64,000 bases of DNA from Eledone cirrhosa. Lineage: Eukaryota. Where the stretch lies: assembly GCA_964016885.1 (NCBI GenBank), contig OZ024744.1, positions 81,344,001 through 81,408,000 on the forward strand. Direction: 5' to 3'. The stretch's first letter is position 1. Each line of letters opens with the position of its first letter. A model generated the notes under the pieces. The model ran no database searches, was not told the origin of the DNA, and saw nothing but the letters and a program-made list of their open reading frames with translations. Shown piece after piece: positions 1 to 13,639 of this stretch. A program made the translations under genes and the position numbers.

Positions 1-139
1 TATATATATAAAATTAAAGAGTAAATAAGAAATTCTAGCTGTGGAGCTATGTAAGTCCTGGCAATTTTGGCAGTTACAGATATGTGGCTGTTATTAGATA
101 GAAAACATAAGAAATCAGGAGGCCAACCCATTTTGTAAA

Positions 140-275
140 GCACAGCTGTGTGGTTAAGGAGTTCACAACCATGTGGTTGTGGGTTCAGTTCCACTATGTG
201 GCATCTCGAGCAAGATGCCTTTACTATAGCCTCAGATTGTGAGTGAAATTTGGTAAACAGAAATCTGTCTAGAAG
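140..275 (+). mobile_element. tRNA-derived SINE, family A (octopus-type), degraded
   Basis: A-box-like gctgtgtggttaag, B-box-like gggttcagttcc, then ...actatagcc...ttgtgagtgaaatttggtaaacagaaa. Related copies at about 9290, 11850, 18750, 31540 and 34655. Confidence 0.7.
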
Positions 276-467
276 GGCAGAGGGAGAGAGGGGGGGGGGG
301 GTTATTATTGGCTTATATTCCATAACTTACTAGTTTTAAAAAAATGGAGATTGATAAAATAAGTACCAGAGTTAAATAAAATACAATATGGTAATTAAAT
401 TCCTTCAAGACAATGACAGGGTATGTAGTGATTGTACTGTGATAATTGAAAGATATTTTAAAGGTTC

Positions 468-607
<140 letters not shown>

Positions 608-611
608 ACAA

Positions 612-1240
612 AGATTTCTAATTTAGGCTCAAGGCCAAAAAATTTGGGTCATGGGAAAGTCAATTGAATTGACCCCAGTGTGTAATTGGTACTTTATTTT
701 ATTTGCCCCAAAAGGATGAAAGGCATAGTTGATCTTGACAGGATTTGAACTCAGAACATAAAATGCTGCAAAAATATTATCTTCAAGGCTTTACTGATTC
801 TGCCAATCTTCTACCCTATTCAGGTTACTAAATAATTGTTTCTACTTTTGGCTGAAGACCAGCAATTACCCCAGTGCATTACTGGTGCTTTATTTTATTG
901 ACCCCCCATAAGGATGAAAGGTAAAGTTTACCTCGGCGGGATTTGAATTCAGAACATAAAAGGGCATAAGTCTATGGAAAACATGGTGTCTGATGGTCTA
1001 CCAATACTGCCAATCCACCACCCTAAGATTACTAAATAATTGTTTCTACTTTAGGCTGAAGACCAGCAATTACCCCAGTGCATTACTTGTGCTTTATTTT
1101 ATTGACCCCATAAGGATGAAAGGCAAAGTTAACCTCGGTGTAATTTGAACTCAGACTATAAAGGGATGTAACTATGCTGGAAAGCATGGCTTCCGACTCT
1201 CTACAGATACTGCCAATTCCCCGCCAAGATTACTAAATAA
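612..1240 (-). mobile_element. Three head-to-tail copies of SINE family B (Meta-domain-like core)
   Basis: Repeated attgtttctact...ccagcaattaccccagtg...aggatgaaaggcaaagttaacctcgg...gatttgaactcaga. Copies are separated by ttactaaataat; period about 205 bp. Confidence 0.8.
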
Positions 1241-1349
1241 TGAACAACAGTATTGGCTGCATAGTGCTTGGGTGAGAATAATAGTAAATAGGTCTCACAA
1301 TGAGCCTTTCTTTCCATACATAATTATTATAGCTTTTGTTGTCTAGATG

Positions 1350-1880
1350 ACCCAATAAACAATGGCAGTTGATGCTTTGAAAAAGTTCAGGGAGCTATTA
1401 CTTCTAGCAATAAAAGGATTGGTAGAATGGTGTTAGTATAAGTAATACAATGCTGCATGGTAGATAGACGTGAGCATTGAATGCGGAGGATGTGCAAAGG
1501 TTGGAAAGAAATGAAGTGAGCACACTTCACTGGATATGTACATTAATATGGGAGGATGACAAAGTACAGATAAGTTGATAGAAAAACTGAGGTATCAGGT
1601 ACAGTGTACAAGAAAAAAATAGTGCACTGGTATGTACATAAAATACATATGGCTGATGATGGTTGGGTAAAGATATGCCTTCCTAGAAAATCCTAGTGGA
1701 AGGAAGTTGTAGAAGAGAAAAATTAAAGAAATCATGGACAGAGGTGGTGAAAGCTAATCTGCTGTACTACAAAAGAAAAGTGAGAAAGAGGCACAATAGG
1801 ACGCTGTGATAGAGATGACATGTTCAACCAATGCAAGTATGGATAAACAAACATAAAATAATGATGGCGTTGACGATGAA
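1350..1880 (+). mobile_element. Old RTE LINE 3' relic
   Basis: Degenerate matches to FRELL.LL, L.WY, DDGWVK and (GAT)n tail of the younger RTE copies in this window. Confidence 0.6.
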
Positions 1881-2452
1881 GAGGAAAATGATGACAGTGC
1901 CAATGATGGTGCCGATGACGATACATCTAAAGCCCAATTTCAGCAGGATGTGGATAAGTGGTAGCAAGAGAATTCTGAGACATTATCATGAATTCAGAAA
2001 TTCGTATAGAAGTTATAATTTCTGACCAACATGGACCTTTTTTATTTTTTTTTTTATTTAAATTAATCCGTCTGCTTATTATATTAATGGGTCAAAAACC
2101 TGTTTTAATAATTTATATCAAAATATAATGTTCAACGATGAAAAAATATGATAATGAGATATTGAAAATATCTAAATTTTCCAAGCTCATCAATTGCAAA
2201 ATTAATGTAAAACCATTCTTCCAGATCACACAAATTGCTTATATTATTAATCCGTATAAAATTCAATTAAAACTGAAATATAAATATTCTTCATTTTACC
2301 AAATATTTCTCTGGGAAAAGTAATGCACCAGATATTTAGATACCATCTGGAAAATAGCTGTGTTTGATATGCAGAAAAGAGGTAAAAATTTTATACAGTA
2401 TACTCAATGTTAAATATGAGTATACAAGAGATGTAGAGGGTTTGTAGGCAGA

Positions 2453-2662
2453 TTAACCCTTTAGCATTTAAACCAGCCATATCCAACCAGAATTCTCTCA
2501 CTTCTTTCTGTTCAAACTGGTTGTCACCAGCCACTGATATTGAGGTATTATTCTCAAAATAAATAATATAAAAATCTCATAGATTCAATATTATATGAGA
2601 TAAAGCCTTTCAGGTGAAAATATAGTAGTATTTATAGAGTAATATAAATGCTAAAGGGTTAA
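2453..2662 (+). mobile_element. piggyBac-type MITE family 1
   Basis: TTAA TSD on both sides; TIR ccctttagcattta / taaatgctaaaggg. Confidence 0.9.
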
Positions 2663-3008
2663 CAGAAAACGTAGACTTAATATGTGGCAGATGTGTAGGG
2701 ATGGTTGGTAAAAAGATCATTGGTGAGATCAACTTTTTCCAATCCAAGAAAAGGTTCCATGGATTGTCTATGAGTGATGATTGTTGGATGAAGAAGTGCC
2801 AGAAATTCGAAGTGGAGGGAAGCCTTGGAAGAGGAAGACCAAGAAAGACATGGGCAGAGGAGGTAAAAGCTGATCTCAAGAAACTAAACCTCACTAAGAG
2901 GTGACAAAGTAAAGAAACAAGTGGAGAGAGGTTGTACTGAAGAGGCCTTGTCTAACCTATGGAAGCATTGAAAAACATGTAAAAACAATGATGTTGGTGA
3001 TGATGATG
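2663..3008 (+). mobile_element. RTE LINE 3' fragment
   Basis: ORF 2701-2904 DDCWMKKC...GRGRPRKTWAEEVKADLKKLNL (RTE C-terminus), followed by (GAT)n tail. Confidence 0.8.
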
Positions 3009-3143
3009 AAATCAGTATGGATAATTAGAAATATACACAATCATAAATATATGACAAGTCGAAGAAATACTGTATTGGCAAGGACCCATTTAATCCATGC
3101 AAGTATAAAAAAACTGGATATAAAAATTATGTTGATGAAATCC

Positions 3144-3362
3144 TTAACCCTTTAGCATTTAAACCGACCATATCCGGCCAGAATTCTCTGACCTCTTCTT
3201 GTTCAAATCAGCCACTCATACTTATGTTAAGGTATTATTCTCAAAATAAATAATATCAAAATCTCATAGATGCGATATTATATGAGATAATTATGTAAGA
3301 TAAAGCCTTTACTGTAAAAATACAATAGTATATATAGAGAAATGTAAATGCTAAAGGGTTAA
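3144..3362 (+). mobile_element. piggyBac-type MITE family 1
   Basis: TTAA TSD and the same TIRs. Confidence 0.92.
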
Positions 3363-3991
3363 AGAGTATTAGAAGAATACACAATTGAAACAAATATACC
3401 ATAACAGTATACCTTCTAAATTCATGAAGAATATCAATCAATCTGAATACTTTAAAATTTTATTTTAAAAAAAAAATTTATTGTAACAAACACCATTATT
3501 TAACTTCAAATGTTACCAACTAACGAAGTACCATATTTGATGATGATGTTTAAAAAAAAACATTTATTCTCATTACATTCCCCTATTCCCACCCATTCCT
3601 TATAGAAATTGATCACAACAATTAAATAGATTTTCTATACATTAAGAAATATGAATACAAATGAACCCAGCTGAAAATAAAAATTCCTAGATTCATAAAT
3701 TTTTTCCACTTAATTATTTTGATATGCGAAGGATAAAAAGGGAAAATAATGATTATTTTTATATCTTCTAGACTACAATCATAAATTAAAATAGTATTCT
3801 CCTCTATCATATCTGCTGTCAAATTTTGTTAATAAACTATCAGTGTGCTTCAGTTGTGTTAGTAGAATTTATAAAATGGAGTAGACCTCTGTCAGTTTTG
3901 ACGATGAGTGTTCCAGTTGTTTGATCAATGAAACAGACAGCCCATGAAATCAATACGCAAATGGATGAGTATTCCACAGACATAGGTACTT

Positions 3992-4183
3992 TTAACTCTT
4001 TAGCATTGAAACCGGCTGTATCTGGCCAGAATTCTCTCACCTCTTTCTGTTCAAACCAGCTGTAACTGCCCATTCATACTGACATCAAGGTATTGTTCTC
4101 AAAATAAATAATATCAAAATCATAAATTCGATGTTATGTGAGATAAAGCCTTTACCGTGAAAATACAATAATATATATATATA

Positions 4184-4216
<33 letters not shown>

Positions 4217-4282
4217 GTGTATATATATATATATATGTATATATATGTGTAGAGAGAGAGTAATGTAAATGCTAAGGGTTAA
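3992..4282 (+). mobile_element. piggyBac-type MITE family 1 with internal (TA)n expansion
   Basis: TTAA ends and TIRs; the internal tatata is expanded to about 85 bp. Confidence 0.88.
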
Positions 4283-4874
4283 TGTAATTGTCGGAGATTC
4301 AGCGTGATACTGTGAATGTAAAGTGGGCGCTTTGAATTACAGGAGTGCCAAACAGTTTCCCTCTAATCAATTTCAGTCACAGAGCTCAAGTCATCCCAAA
4401 GCTATGATAAACAACGCTTGCCCAACATGATACACCCTGTTGTAGGATCAAACCAAGAACCTTTTGATTTCAAAGCAAATTTCTTAATAATGTGACAATG
4501 CTGTGACCACTGGTGGCATTTAAATAGTTACAAAGTAAAGATAGAAATAGTTAAATAGTTACATTTCCTTTATACTCTTCTAACTTTAACCTATAGAAAA
4601 GAATCAAATACAAATTAGACACCATTTATGTTCTGTATCTGTTAAATGATATTTTTGTATGTTAAGTCTAGTGTAGTATAATAGATTACACAGACAAGAG
4701 TTTTTGTTGGATAAGCAATCCATTCATTCATCAATAAATGCAATGTCTAGGTTATATTTATTTTAGCTTGAAATACAGATTTAGACATGTAATATTTCAA
4801 ATTATTGAATGATTTGGTGGAGGTGGTAGTGGTGGTGTTGGGTGATATAGGCAACAATTGAATATATATATATA

Positions 4875-4918
<44 letters not shown>

Positions 4919-5510
4919 CACACACACACACACACACATATATATATCTTCAATCAATTAAAATCCATAACCTAGTGAGGTTGTATGTACACAGCAAGAA
5001 ATAAAATCTCTCAACCTCTCCCACCTCCACATTTCTTGATCATCAGCAAACCTCAAAGTAAACAGAACTGTTATAATCATTAACTAAGAGTAAATTGTGC
5101 TCAGGTTATGAACTTTACATGTTACTCAAATAACATTTTTAAACATTTGCCTGATGAATTCACCATCAAGCCCAGGCTCTATTGACTGACAAGCTGAAGG
5201 TTGCAAGCTGACAAAATACTGGCTGCTCTCCAGCATGTTTATTATTAAATATGTAGTGGTGGAAACATCTGATGTCATGGCTCTCCAAAACAGCTTCCTT
5301 ACCACAATCAGGATGAAGATGGCCAACCACTAGAACAAGCCTTATGAGTTGGTCTAACCCTTTCAGCACATCTCCCACATGAGTAATGTATTTACCATTC
5401 TTGAGTAATGCATTCATTTACCATTACCTTTCTGTCTGCTGCTACCATGAAGCAACATCTATCTGATGTTTTGGAAAGGAGATCAAAGCCTACCAGATTA
5501 GATAAATATT

Positions 5511-5810
5511 TTATTATATAAAGTTATATAAGGCTAAACTAGGCAAAATAGATGATAAGATGAAGGTAATGAAAAATTTAATTACCTGGTAATCTGTTTT
5601 TTTTTTTTGTTGTTTTTGTCCTAATATTTCGGGACTTAAAATTCCCTTCATCAAAGTATAAGGAACTCAGAGAAAGAATTTATACTTTGATGATGGGAAT
5701 TGTAAGTCCCAAAATATTAGGACAAAAGTAACAACATCAACAAAAACAAAGATTACCAGGTAACCAAGTTTTTCATTACCTGTTTAGCCTTATATAACTT
5801 TCCACATAAT
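5511..5810. mobile_element. ~300-bp foldback made of two inverted Penelope-like LTR fragments, each with a degenerate hammerhead core
   Basis: Arms of about 140 bp around an ~18-nt spacer. Left arm on the minus strand reads TTGATGA-A-GGGA..TCCC-GAAA-TAT-T; right arm reads TTGATGA-T-GGGA..TCCC-AAAA-TAT-T. Confidence 0.65.
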
Positions 5811-5889
5811 ATAATATATTATATACAATGCTTCAAGCAAGCTACATTTTATTAAATATTTTATTAATACAAAATCCATGGTTTGAAAT

Positions 5890-6062
5890 TATCGTATTTC
5901 CCAGCGCCGAAGACACTTCTTCCTCAAGGACGCACCCTAATTTTGACAACCAAAAATTTGAAAAAAAATATATATACAACCTTTGGCTTCCCGGATGCAT
6001 GGTAGATTTTTGAGACATATTTTAGGAAAAAAGTAGCATCTTCGACGCTGGGAAATACCGTA
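5890..6062. mobile_element. Tc1/mariner-superfamily (Tc2/pogo-like) MITE
   Basis: TA TSD; ~23-bp TIR gtatttcccagcgccgaaga / tcttcgacgctgggaaatac. Confidence 0.8.
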
Positions 6063-8455
6063 GGTTAGAATTACTGTGGTTAGCATTTCAGTGTTTCATT
6101 CAAAATGTTTCTAAACTGCAACAAGACATTCTCAATTATACTAAAACTGCTACTCTTCAATTTTAACATCTGGGTCAATGAATTTAAGCTGCTTACACCA
6201 ATTCTTCTTTCTGCTATCAGCACAAGAACTTATGCCCAAGTCTGATGAGTCAGCTGAATAATATTGATGATTACATGTATAATTCTCATTGTTACAACTG
6301 ATCAACAAAGGTTGCATTTTGAGAAGCTATTTCACTACAATTCTTATCTGAAATGAAGTAACATGGCTGCTTTTGGTCAGCTTAATAGTTTTTACTGTTG
6401 TTTTTGCTTACTTCTCTTCCAACCTTCTTTAATGAGTGCTATAAAGGTTTGTAATAACTTTAGTATGAAACAATGGAAACCAAAGAAAGAGGTAGTTTCT
6501 GAAATATTAAATAGCAGGGCTCCTCAGTTGTGTCAAAAGCAAGGCAACCTCTTTAGTGTTAGCACCCTAATAAAATCCACCCAGTACACTCTGCAAAATA
6601 GAATGTATTTGAGTAAACAGGTGTAAAATCACCATTTTCAACAATTTTGCTTATTTTAAACTTAAACTAAATGGGTAACCCTTAGTTCCTGTCTTATAAA
6701 AATGTTCATGCAACTTACTATAGAAACTATTTTTGTTCAAAATAACTTTTTATACCTAAGATCCATTTTAGAATAGATATACCATATATATGCATGTCAT
6801 AAGAGATGGTTAAAAGGGATGGTACCAGGAAGGGGGTTCCATCATAAAACTGTCTCAAAAAGGACCCTATGATGAGTATGAGGCTTGTCATGATGACCCA
6901 CAAAGGTAACACTTTCTTTAGGAGGGAAAATGGCCTTCAAACACTTGTTAAAATCTGAACATTAACAAATGTGAAAAATGTAAACTACTGCTAATTTATA
7001 GGTAAAAATGTATGGAAAATACAAACAAAAAAAAGAAAGAAAAAAGAAGTAAGTAGATTATTAAGGACTCTATGGACAAATAAAATATAATCTGTTCTGG
7101 ATGTAAACAATGAGAAGATGTAACATAACATGAGTCTGGTTTGTTGCTATACTGACCTACCAAGAAAATTATTAAGAATACAGTGGTAATGTCAGCAATC
7201 AGTGAAAACCTAAATTTGAGTGCACAACTACATAATGGGAAACTGACTATTTGGTATTTGATATGTTGAATATGATAGATTGGTGATTAACCATTTCATT
7301 ACCATATTTTTAATAGGAAACATAGACACAAGATAATCACTGATGATGTCACAGATGTGTGATGAAAGAAATCTAAGAAACTATATTTATATTTTTTAAC
7401 TGTTGGTCAATCAAAGGTAAACATTGAGCGCTAGCTAAATTATTTATAGAAATATAAAGATATACTGAAGTGAAAACCAAACCAAACAGTATTTTTTACT
7501 ATATTTTTCTGGCAATATTAGAACAACATGACCCTCACCAAATATAACAACACTATCTATGATTTTCAAATAATTTCAAAAATAATCAAGAATGTGAAGG
7601 GATTTAGCAAAATAACTAACTTTCTCATTGTTAAGCGGTTGATTAGAGAAAAAATTATGCTGGAAATTTTTTAGGGAAATATAAAACACTTTAAAACGAG
7701 CAGTTTTTGTACAGTAGACATGGCGGCAGATTCAAGTGGTTTGGTATCAAAAAGGTTAAAATAAAACTATAAACAACATCGATAGTAGTTGAACAGTCCC
7801 AATCCGATTCTGACCTGTGGTATGAATTGAACTGATTACAGGGTAATCTCACCAGTATTCTAACAATGGCTGTTACATTGTCATTATTGTAGGCAAGTTG
7901 TTCATAAATTTCAAACAAATATGTGATAATTTAAAAGATAATAATGAGTTTAGTTGCTTCACTGAGCAGGTCAAGTGACAATGCTGATCTCTCATTAACT
8001 TAAGATATTCTTCATTTGAAATGATGCAAATTATAGGGTGAAGAAAAAATAATGATTTTGTTTCAAAAGACAGTCATTATGTATCTTTAATCAAGAACAG
8101 ATGTACTCTAGGTGAATAAACCAAATGAAAATATAGCCTTTGGATCCAAATTATATATCCCTGATGGCCCTCGCTAGATGGGATAGCAGACGTTAAATAA
8201 TGATGATGATGATGATAATAAGCTCTTCCTCCTTTCACTATAGGATATTATAATCTCTTCACTATTAAGAAATTAAAAATATTGATTACACATAGATTTA
8301 TTTGGCAATTACATCATATAATTTTAGCCATCCAAAAAAGCCGCATAACTGTTAAAGCCATTTAATTTTTTTTCCTCTTTTGGTATCATAATTTTCATTG
8401 CACTGTTTGAAACCTGATCACTGATAAATGTAAAGTGAATATAACAGTTTCTATA

Positions 8456-8636
8456 CTATGGCTAAAATGACTCCTTTTCACAATGTAATTAATTGCTTGA
8501 GTTTCAACAGAGTCTCGGATCAACTCACTTGCCAGACATGTACAACTGTGGCTAAAATGACTCCCTTTCATGATGTAAATACTTGAGTTTCAACACATGG
8601 CCTCAGATCAAATCAATTACCAGACATATACAACTC
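8456..8636. repeat. Diverged ~90-bp tandem duplication
   Basis: tggctaaaatgactcc...cttgagtttcaaca...ccagacat.tacaact occurs twice. Confidence 0.85.
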
Positions 8637-8669
8637 AAGAGATTTATAATTTTGAAGCTTTATTTACCT

Positions 8670-8905
8670 TTAACCCTTTCATTACTGTATTTATAATGAA
8701 ATATACTATCTTGCAATTAATTAATGCAGAATTTTGAAAGATTTTGTTGAGTGGTTAATCATTTTCTAATATTATAACTTAACATATGGTTCTTGTATAA
8801 TATCATGTTGGAAGATATAAATTTATTAAGGAACTGTTTGAAATGGGTGGTTTTCTTTCATAGAACCAGGACCCGTTTTGGTCAGGTTGGTATCAAAAGG
8901 GTTAA
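8670..8905 (+). mobile_element. piggyBac-type MITE family 2
   Basis: ttaaccctttcattac...ggtatcaaaagggttaa. Related pieces at about 7290-7760, 11283-11564 and 24240-24471. Confidence 0.75.
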
Positions 8906-9287
8906 ATTTTTCTTTCACACAATTCATATGTAAACTTGTGAAACATCTAAGATCTAAATGTTTTTGAGGAAGTCAACGAATAAAATACTAGCAAATTCCT
9001 TTTCAAATGGAACTATTTAAAATTTTAAAAATATTGTTAAACAAGCGAGCTTTGAAATATAACTTGCTCAGTAATACTCAACACTGTTCTAAATGTATAC
9101 TCTGTCTTTTTCTCTCATTTCAGTCCTTGCCACTGGGGCCATGCTAGGACACTGCCTTAAAGAGTTAAGTCGATCATATTGACTCCAATACTTATTTTTT
9201 CAGCCTGGTATTTATTTTATCGACTGTTATTTGTTGAAGACACTGAAGACACGTGTGTGTGTGTGCATGCACACACACACACACACA

Positions 9288-9410
9288 ATGGGCTTCTTTA
9301 CAATTTCTGTCTACCAAATTTCACTGAAGACACTTGCCCAATGTGCTGCTACACAGTGAGACTAAACATGAAGCCATGTGGTTGCAAAAGGAACTTAACC
9401 ACACAGCTAT
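9288..9410 (-). mobile_element. SINE family A, partial
   Basis: Reverse complement of the element at 140-275. Confidence 0.65.
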
Positions 9411-9686
9411 GTATGTTTCTACCCATATAACATCATTAACTATTTTTAACTATATATTATAGTTAGTAAGAAAGAAAAAAAACAATTAAGAAAACCAGAA
9501 TTTTTATAAATCATAGCAAAATCTAAAGTCTAACAGAAAAAATAAAAGTAACCCTGGAAAGTGACACCAAAAACTTGTTTAATAATAGTCATCAAACGTT
9601 AACCATTCTGATTATCTTTGTATACAGTTGCAAATTATATATACAATTATATATATACTCCAACATACTATATTTATAAGTGTATA

Positions 9687-9728
<42 letters not shown>

Positions 9729-10072
9729 TGTACCCCTAACATTTGCACTCCTGGTTATTCACAGAATTTTCCTTAGAACCTAACTAATAATTGTTCATGG
9801 AAACCACCGCATTTTTGCAGAATCGTAAATAACTTCTGCAATTTTTTTAATGGCTTTTTTAATACTAAATTATTGATAACAATATATATTTGCTGGCCTA
9901 TTAGACGTTCCTTCACATAAGATTCATTTTTAAAAATTACATTTTACGTTATATTCCGATGTTTATAGGCATTTTTATGGACCATGCCCAATATTCGTGG
10001 TTTTTCACTTCGCGTGTGCTCTAGGAACATAACCCCCACGAATACCAAGGGACAATAGTATGTGCGTGTGTG

Positions 10073-10109
<37 letters not shown>

Positions 10110-11062
10110 CACACACACACACATATATATATATATACAGGGTGTCCAAAAAAATGTATACACACGATTACCTGTACAGGCAATATTTGTTAGAATGTTG
10201 TTGAAGTTCTGTGTGAGTGAAACATGGTACTCTGACCTGACCTCTCACAAAGAGACAACCCGTCCTGCCCATGCTAGCATGGAAAATGGACAAACGATGA
10301 CGATATATATATATATACAGACATACACACACATATATATATACACACACACACACAATATATATATACACACTCACACACACACACACAATATATATAT
10401 ATACACACACACTATATATATACACACACACACACACACATATATACATTCAATATTTCATTTCCTATAAAAGAAATAGGAACATTATTTGAGAACTGAT
10501 CCACAGCTGTCGCTTGCAATCAAGTATGACTTGGTTGTAAGTACCATCATTTCTTTAGGTACTCATGTGGTTGTGAAAAGACCCTCCCTTAGTCTAATGA
10601 AACATTCAAGATGTGACACATAGAAAGAGAGGGGACAGCACTAACATTGTTACTTTATTGATTCTTGCAAGAAAAAAAAAAAACAAAGGTGAGCTCATGG
10701 GATTTGAACTCAGAGTACAGAGAGCCAGGAACAAATATCCAATGCTCTAACAACTCTGTCAAATAAAACACTTGATAATTGATAAGAGGCTTTTAACATA
10801 AGTTAAAAGCCGTTTTTTTTTTTCTCACTGGCCTTCCATATGGCGACATATATGTGTGTGTATACATATATGCATAACATCTGAAAATTGCTATCTATAT
10901 CTAGTAGTTTACATTAATTACTTCACTCCTATTCTACACTATCAATGTTTACAACCTTTATAGTAGTTAAGTCATCTAAGAAATACAAATATATTTCAAT
11001 TTCTTGTGTGTATGACAGACAGAGAGAGAATAATTGTGGTCTTTAAAAAACATTTGTCTAAT

Positions 11063-11219
11063 TTAACTCTTAACATCCTGTAACAATTTAGCAAAATAAT
11101 TATTTATTTTGAGAACAATATCATAACGTCAGTATGAGTGGCCACTTACAACCAGTTTGAACAGAAAGCGGTGAGAGAATTCTGGCCAGATATGGCCGGT
11201 TTAAATGTTAAAGGGTTAA
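11063..11219 (-). mobile_element. piggyBac-type MITE family 1, partial
   Basis: gagagaattctggccagatatggccggtttaaatgttaaagggttaa. Confidence 0.8.
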
Positions 11220-11282
11220 GGAATCTCATTTAATGTTGCCCTCATTTACAATAATTTACATTCTTTCCATAACCATCCTTTT

Positions 11283-11564
11283 TTAACCCTTTCATTCCCA
11301 TATTTCTAATGAATGACAATACCTATAATTATCAAATCATTTTGAAAATAATCAAGAATTTTGAGGGATTTCAAAATATAATCAAGTTCAATTTCTAGAT
11401 TGGGCAGTGCTTTGTGTTCTTTGATGAAACACTTCAGTTTACATTGCTTTTCATGATAAGATTGAGGACCCTATCATTAAAACACCTAAGAAACCTACTA
11501 TGAGATGCAACCTCATAACTCAGACCATGGTTGGTTTTAGGCAGCTTGGTAACAAAAGGGTTCA
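11283..11564 (+). mobile_element. piggyBac-type MITE family 2
   Basis: ttaaccctttcatt...ttggtaacaaaagggttca. Confidence 0.65.
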
Positions 11565-11847
11565 GCCTTGCTTTATATATTCATCATCATTATCATTTTT
11601 TACATCTACTTTTTCCATAATTACATGGGTTGGGGCAACTTTTTGAGGCAGGTTTTCTACAGCTAGATACCCTTCTTGATGCCAATTCATACATTTTTCT
11701 AAGTATGGTATTTAATTGTTAATGTTTATTGAAACACTACACTCCAGGACATGTTTACAGCAGATATAAACAATGTCACAGTTGGTGTTTATAAACAGAG
11801 TCAACATGACACATTGAGAAGAAAAGGCATACATACACATATATACA

Positions 11848-12010
11848 ACAAGCTTCCTTAGTTTCCATCTACCAAATTCATTCACTTCACAAAGTACTGG
11901 ACAATCCATGGTTAAAGTAGAAAACACATATATACCCAAGGTGACACACAGTAGGGACTGAACCCCAAATCACATTGTTCTGAAGCAAACTTCTTAACCA
12001 CACAACCATG
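11848..12010 (-). mobile_element. SINE family A
   Basis: tttccatctaccaaattca...cccaaggtg...gggactgaaccc...cttcttaaccacacaaccatg. Confidence 0.75.
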
Positions 12011-12283
12011 TTTGCTTTATATTAATAGTTAACTTGAATCAATAAGAAACTCATGAAGAAATACTTAACAATTGCTCCAAATTTAGTATATGTGTAAGGA
12101 CAGGCTGATCAATCAAATGAGTGGATGAAATTCAACAGCCACACATGTTTCATGCCTAGTATTTTCTTGTTTGAAAGTACATCAGTTGTGAACAACAGAT
12201 GTACTTTCTGTCTGTTTGATGAAGTATGCACATGTGTGTAAATGTCATTGTTGACCATAATGTCATTTTTTCCGGGGGGTGGT

Positions 12284-12321
<38 letters not shown>

Positions 12322-12464
12322 AGAATGAAACAAAATTTCATTTCTCACTCTTAGTACGGCACTTACATACATACTTACATTTATATATATATATAGCAAT
12401 GTGACTTTCTTTTTTTGTCTTTATGCAATTAGAAAGTCTATAAAATGTTATTCGATCATATTGA

Positions 12465-12785
12465 CGATGAAAAGCACCCAGCCCACACTGTAAAGTGGTC
12501 GTGTATGGCAAAACCGCCCACCCACAGTGCCAAGAGGTCATGTAGGTATCACAACAAAAAGCACCCGGCCACCACTGTAAAATGGTCATGGAGGTATCAT
12601 GATAAAAAGCACCCAGTACCCACTATAAATGAGGTTGGTATTAGGAAGGGCATCCAGCTGTAGAAACCAAGCCTTAAATCAGTTCTATATAAGCAAAGCA
12701 TGACCTAGCATTGCCTATAACAGAACAACTCGTTTAATCCATGCTAGTGTGGAAGAATGGATGTAAAACGGTGATGATGATGATT
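12465..12785 (+). mobile_element. Non-autonomous retroposon with ~46-bp repeats, aggaagggcatccag motif and RTE-type tail (family C)
   Basis: aaaagcacccag.ccacactgtaaagtggt units, then ttaggaagggcatccagctgtagaaacc, ccatgctag...ggaa, (GAT)n. Related copies at about 13140, 18350, 19860, 23655, 25260 and 43720. Confidence 0.75.
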
Positions 12786-12886
12786 GACACCAATACTTTT
12801 TTTTTTTTAGTATTACTTATATTATCGATCCTTTATTACCAAACTGTTAAGTTACGATACGTGTGTGCGTGTGCGTGTGTGATCAT

Positions 12887-12991
12887 GTTTGATATAGAAA
12901 AGGCTTCTACAAGACTAAAACCAGGGGTTGCCTGATGATTTCTTTTGAATGAAACAGTTCTAGTCCTGTAGAAACTATTTCTATATTAAAC
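12887..12991 (+). other. Imperfect hairpin enclosing a degenerate hammerhead-like core
   Basis: tgtttgatatagaaa..ttctaca.gacta pairs with tagtc.tgtagaa..tttctatattaaaca. The loop contains CTGATGA-TTTC-TTTT-GAAT-GAAA. Confidence 0.5.
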
Positions 12992-13639
12992 AATGTTGAC
13001 AATCTACTAATGTATTGAGTACCTTACAGTGGTTGCCCCCAATTGAATCTGGGTCACACATATATACATACATACACATACATCTTGCTGGTGATACAAT
13101 AAAAAAAAAGTACCTAATCTGCCAGTTGGTCAATTTTGTGTCAATAAAAAGCACCCAGTCCACACTGTAAATGTGGTTGGCATTAAGAAGGGCATCCAGC
13201 CATAGAAACCAAGCCAGAAACAGTTGTGTATGAGCAAAACACAGTCTGATTTGACTTGTCTCACAACGGGTCAACTTGTCTAACCCATGGTGGCATGGAA
13301 AAAGTTTTATATATATATATATATATGGGGGGGGGGGGGGGGGTAGATAGGTTTTCACAGTCCAATTATAGTTAGATTCAAGAGCCACATGTTGTTCACA
13401 TGTCCCATCTAATTTTGAGAGAAAATTTCAGTCCTACCAAAGATACAACCATTTTAATGGTGATGTCATAAATACACCCAGTACACTCTATAGAGTGGTT
13501 AACATGTAGCTTTAGAAACCATGCCCAAAGATCTATCTAGGAGGCCAGTAACTTGGAATAACTGAATCAAACCATAACAAAACAGTTGAACCCATACCAG
13601 CACAGAAAGCTGACGAAGTTGACAGGCTTTCTTACCTAA

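Noticed and set aside
5126-5417. ORFs containing NGKYITHVGD, superficially like WDR20 DGKYIVTGGED
   Set aside because: No further similarity on either side and no convincing splice context.
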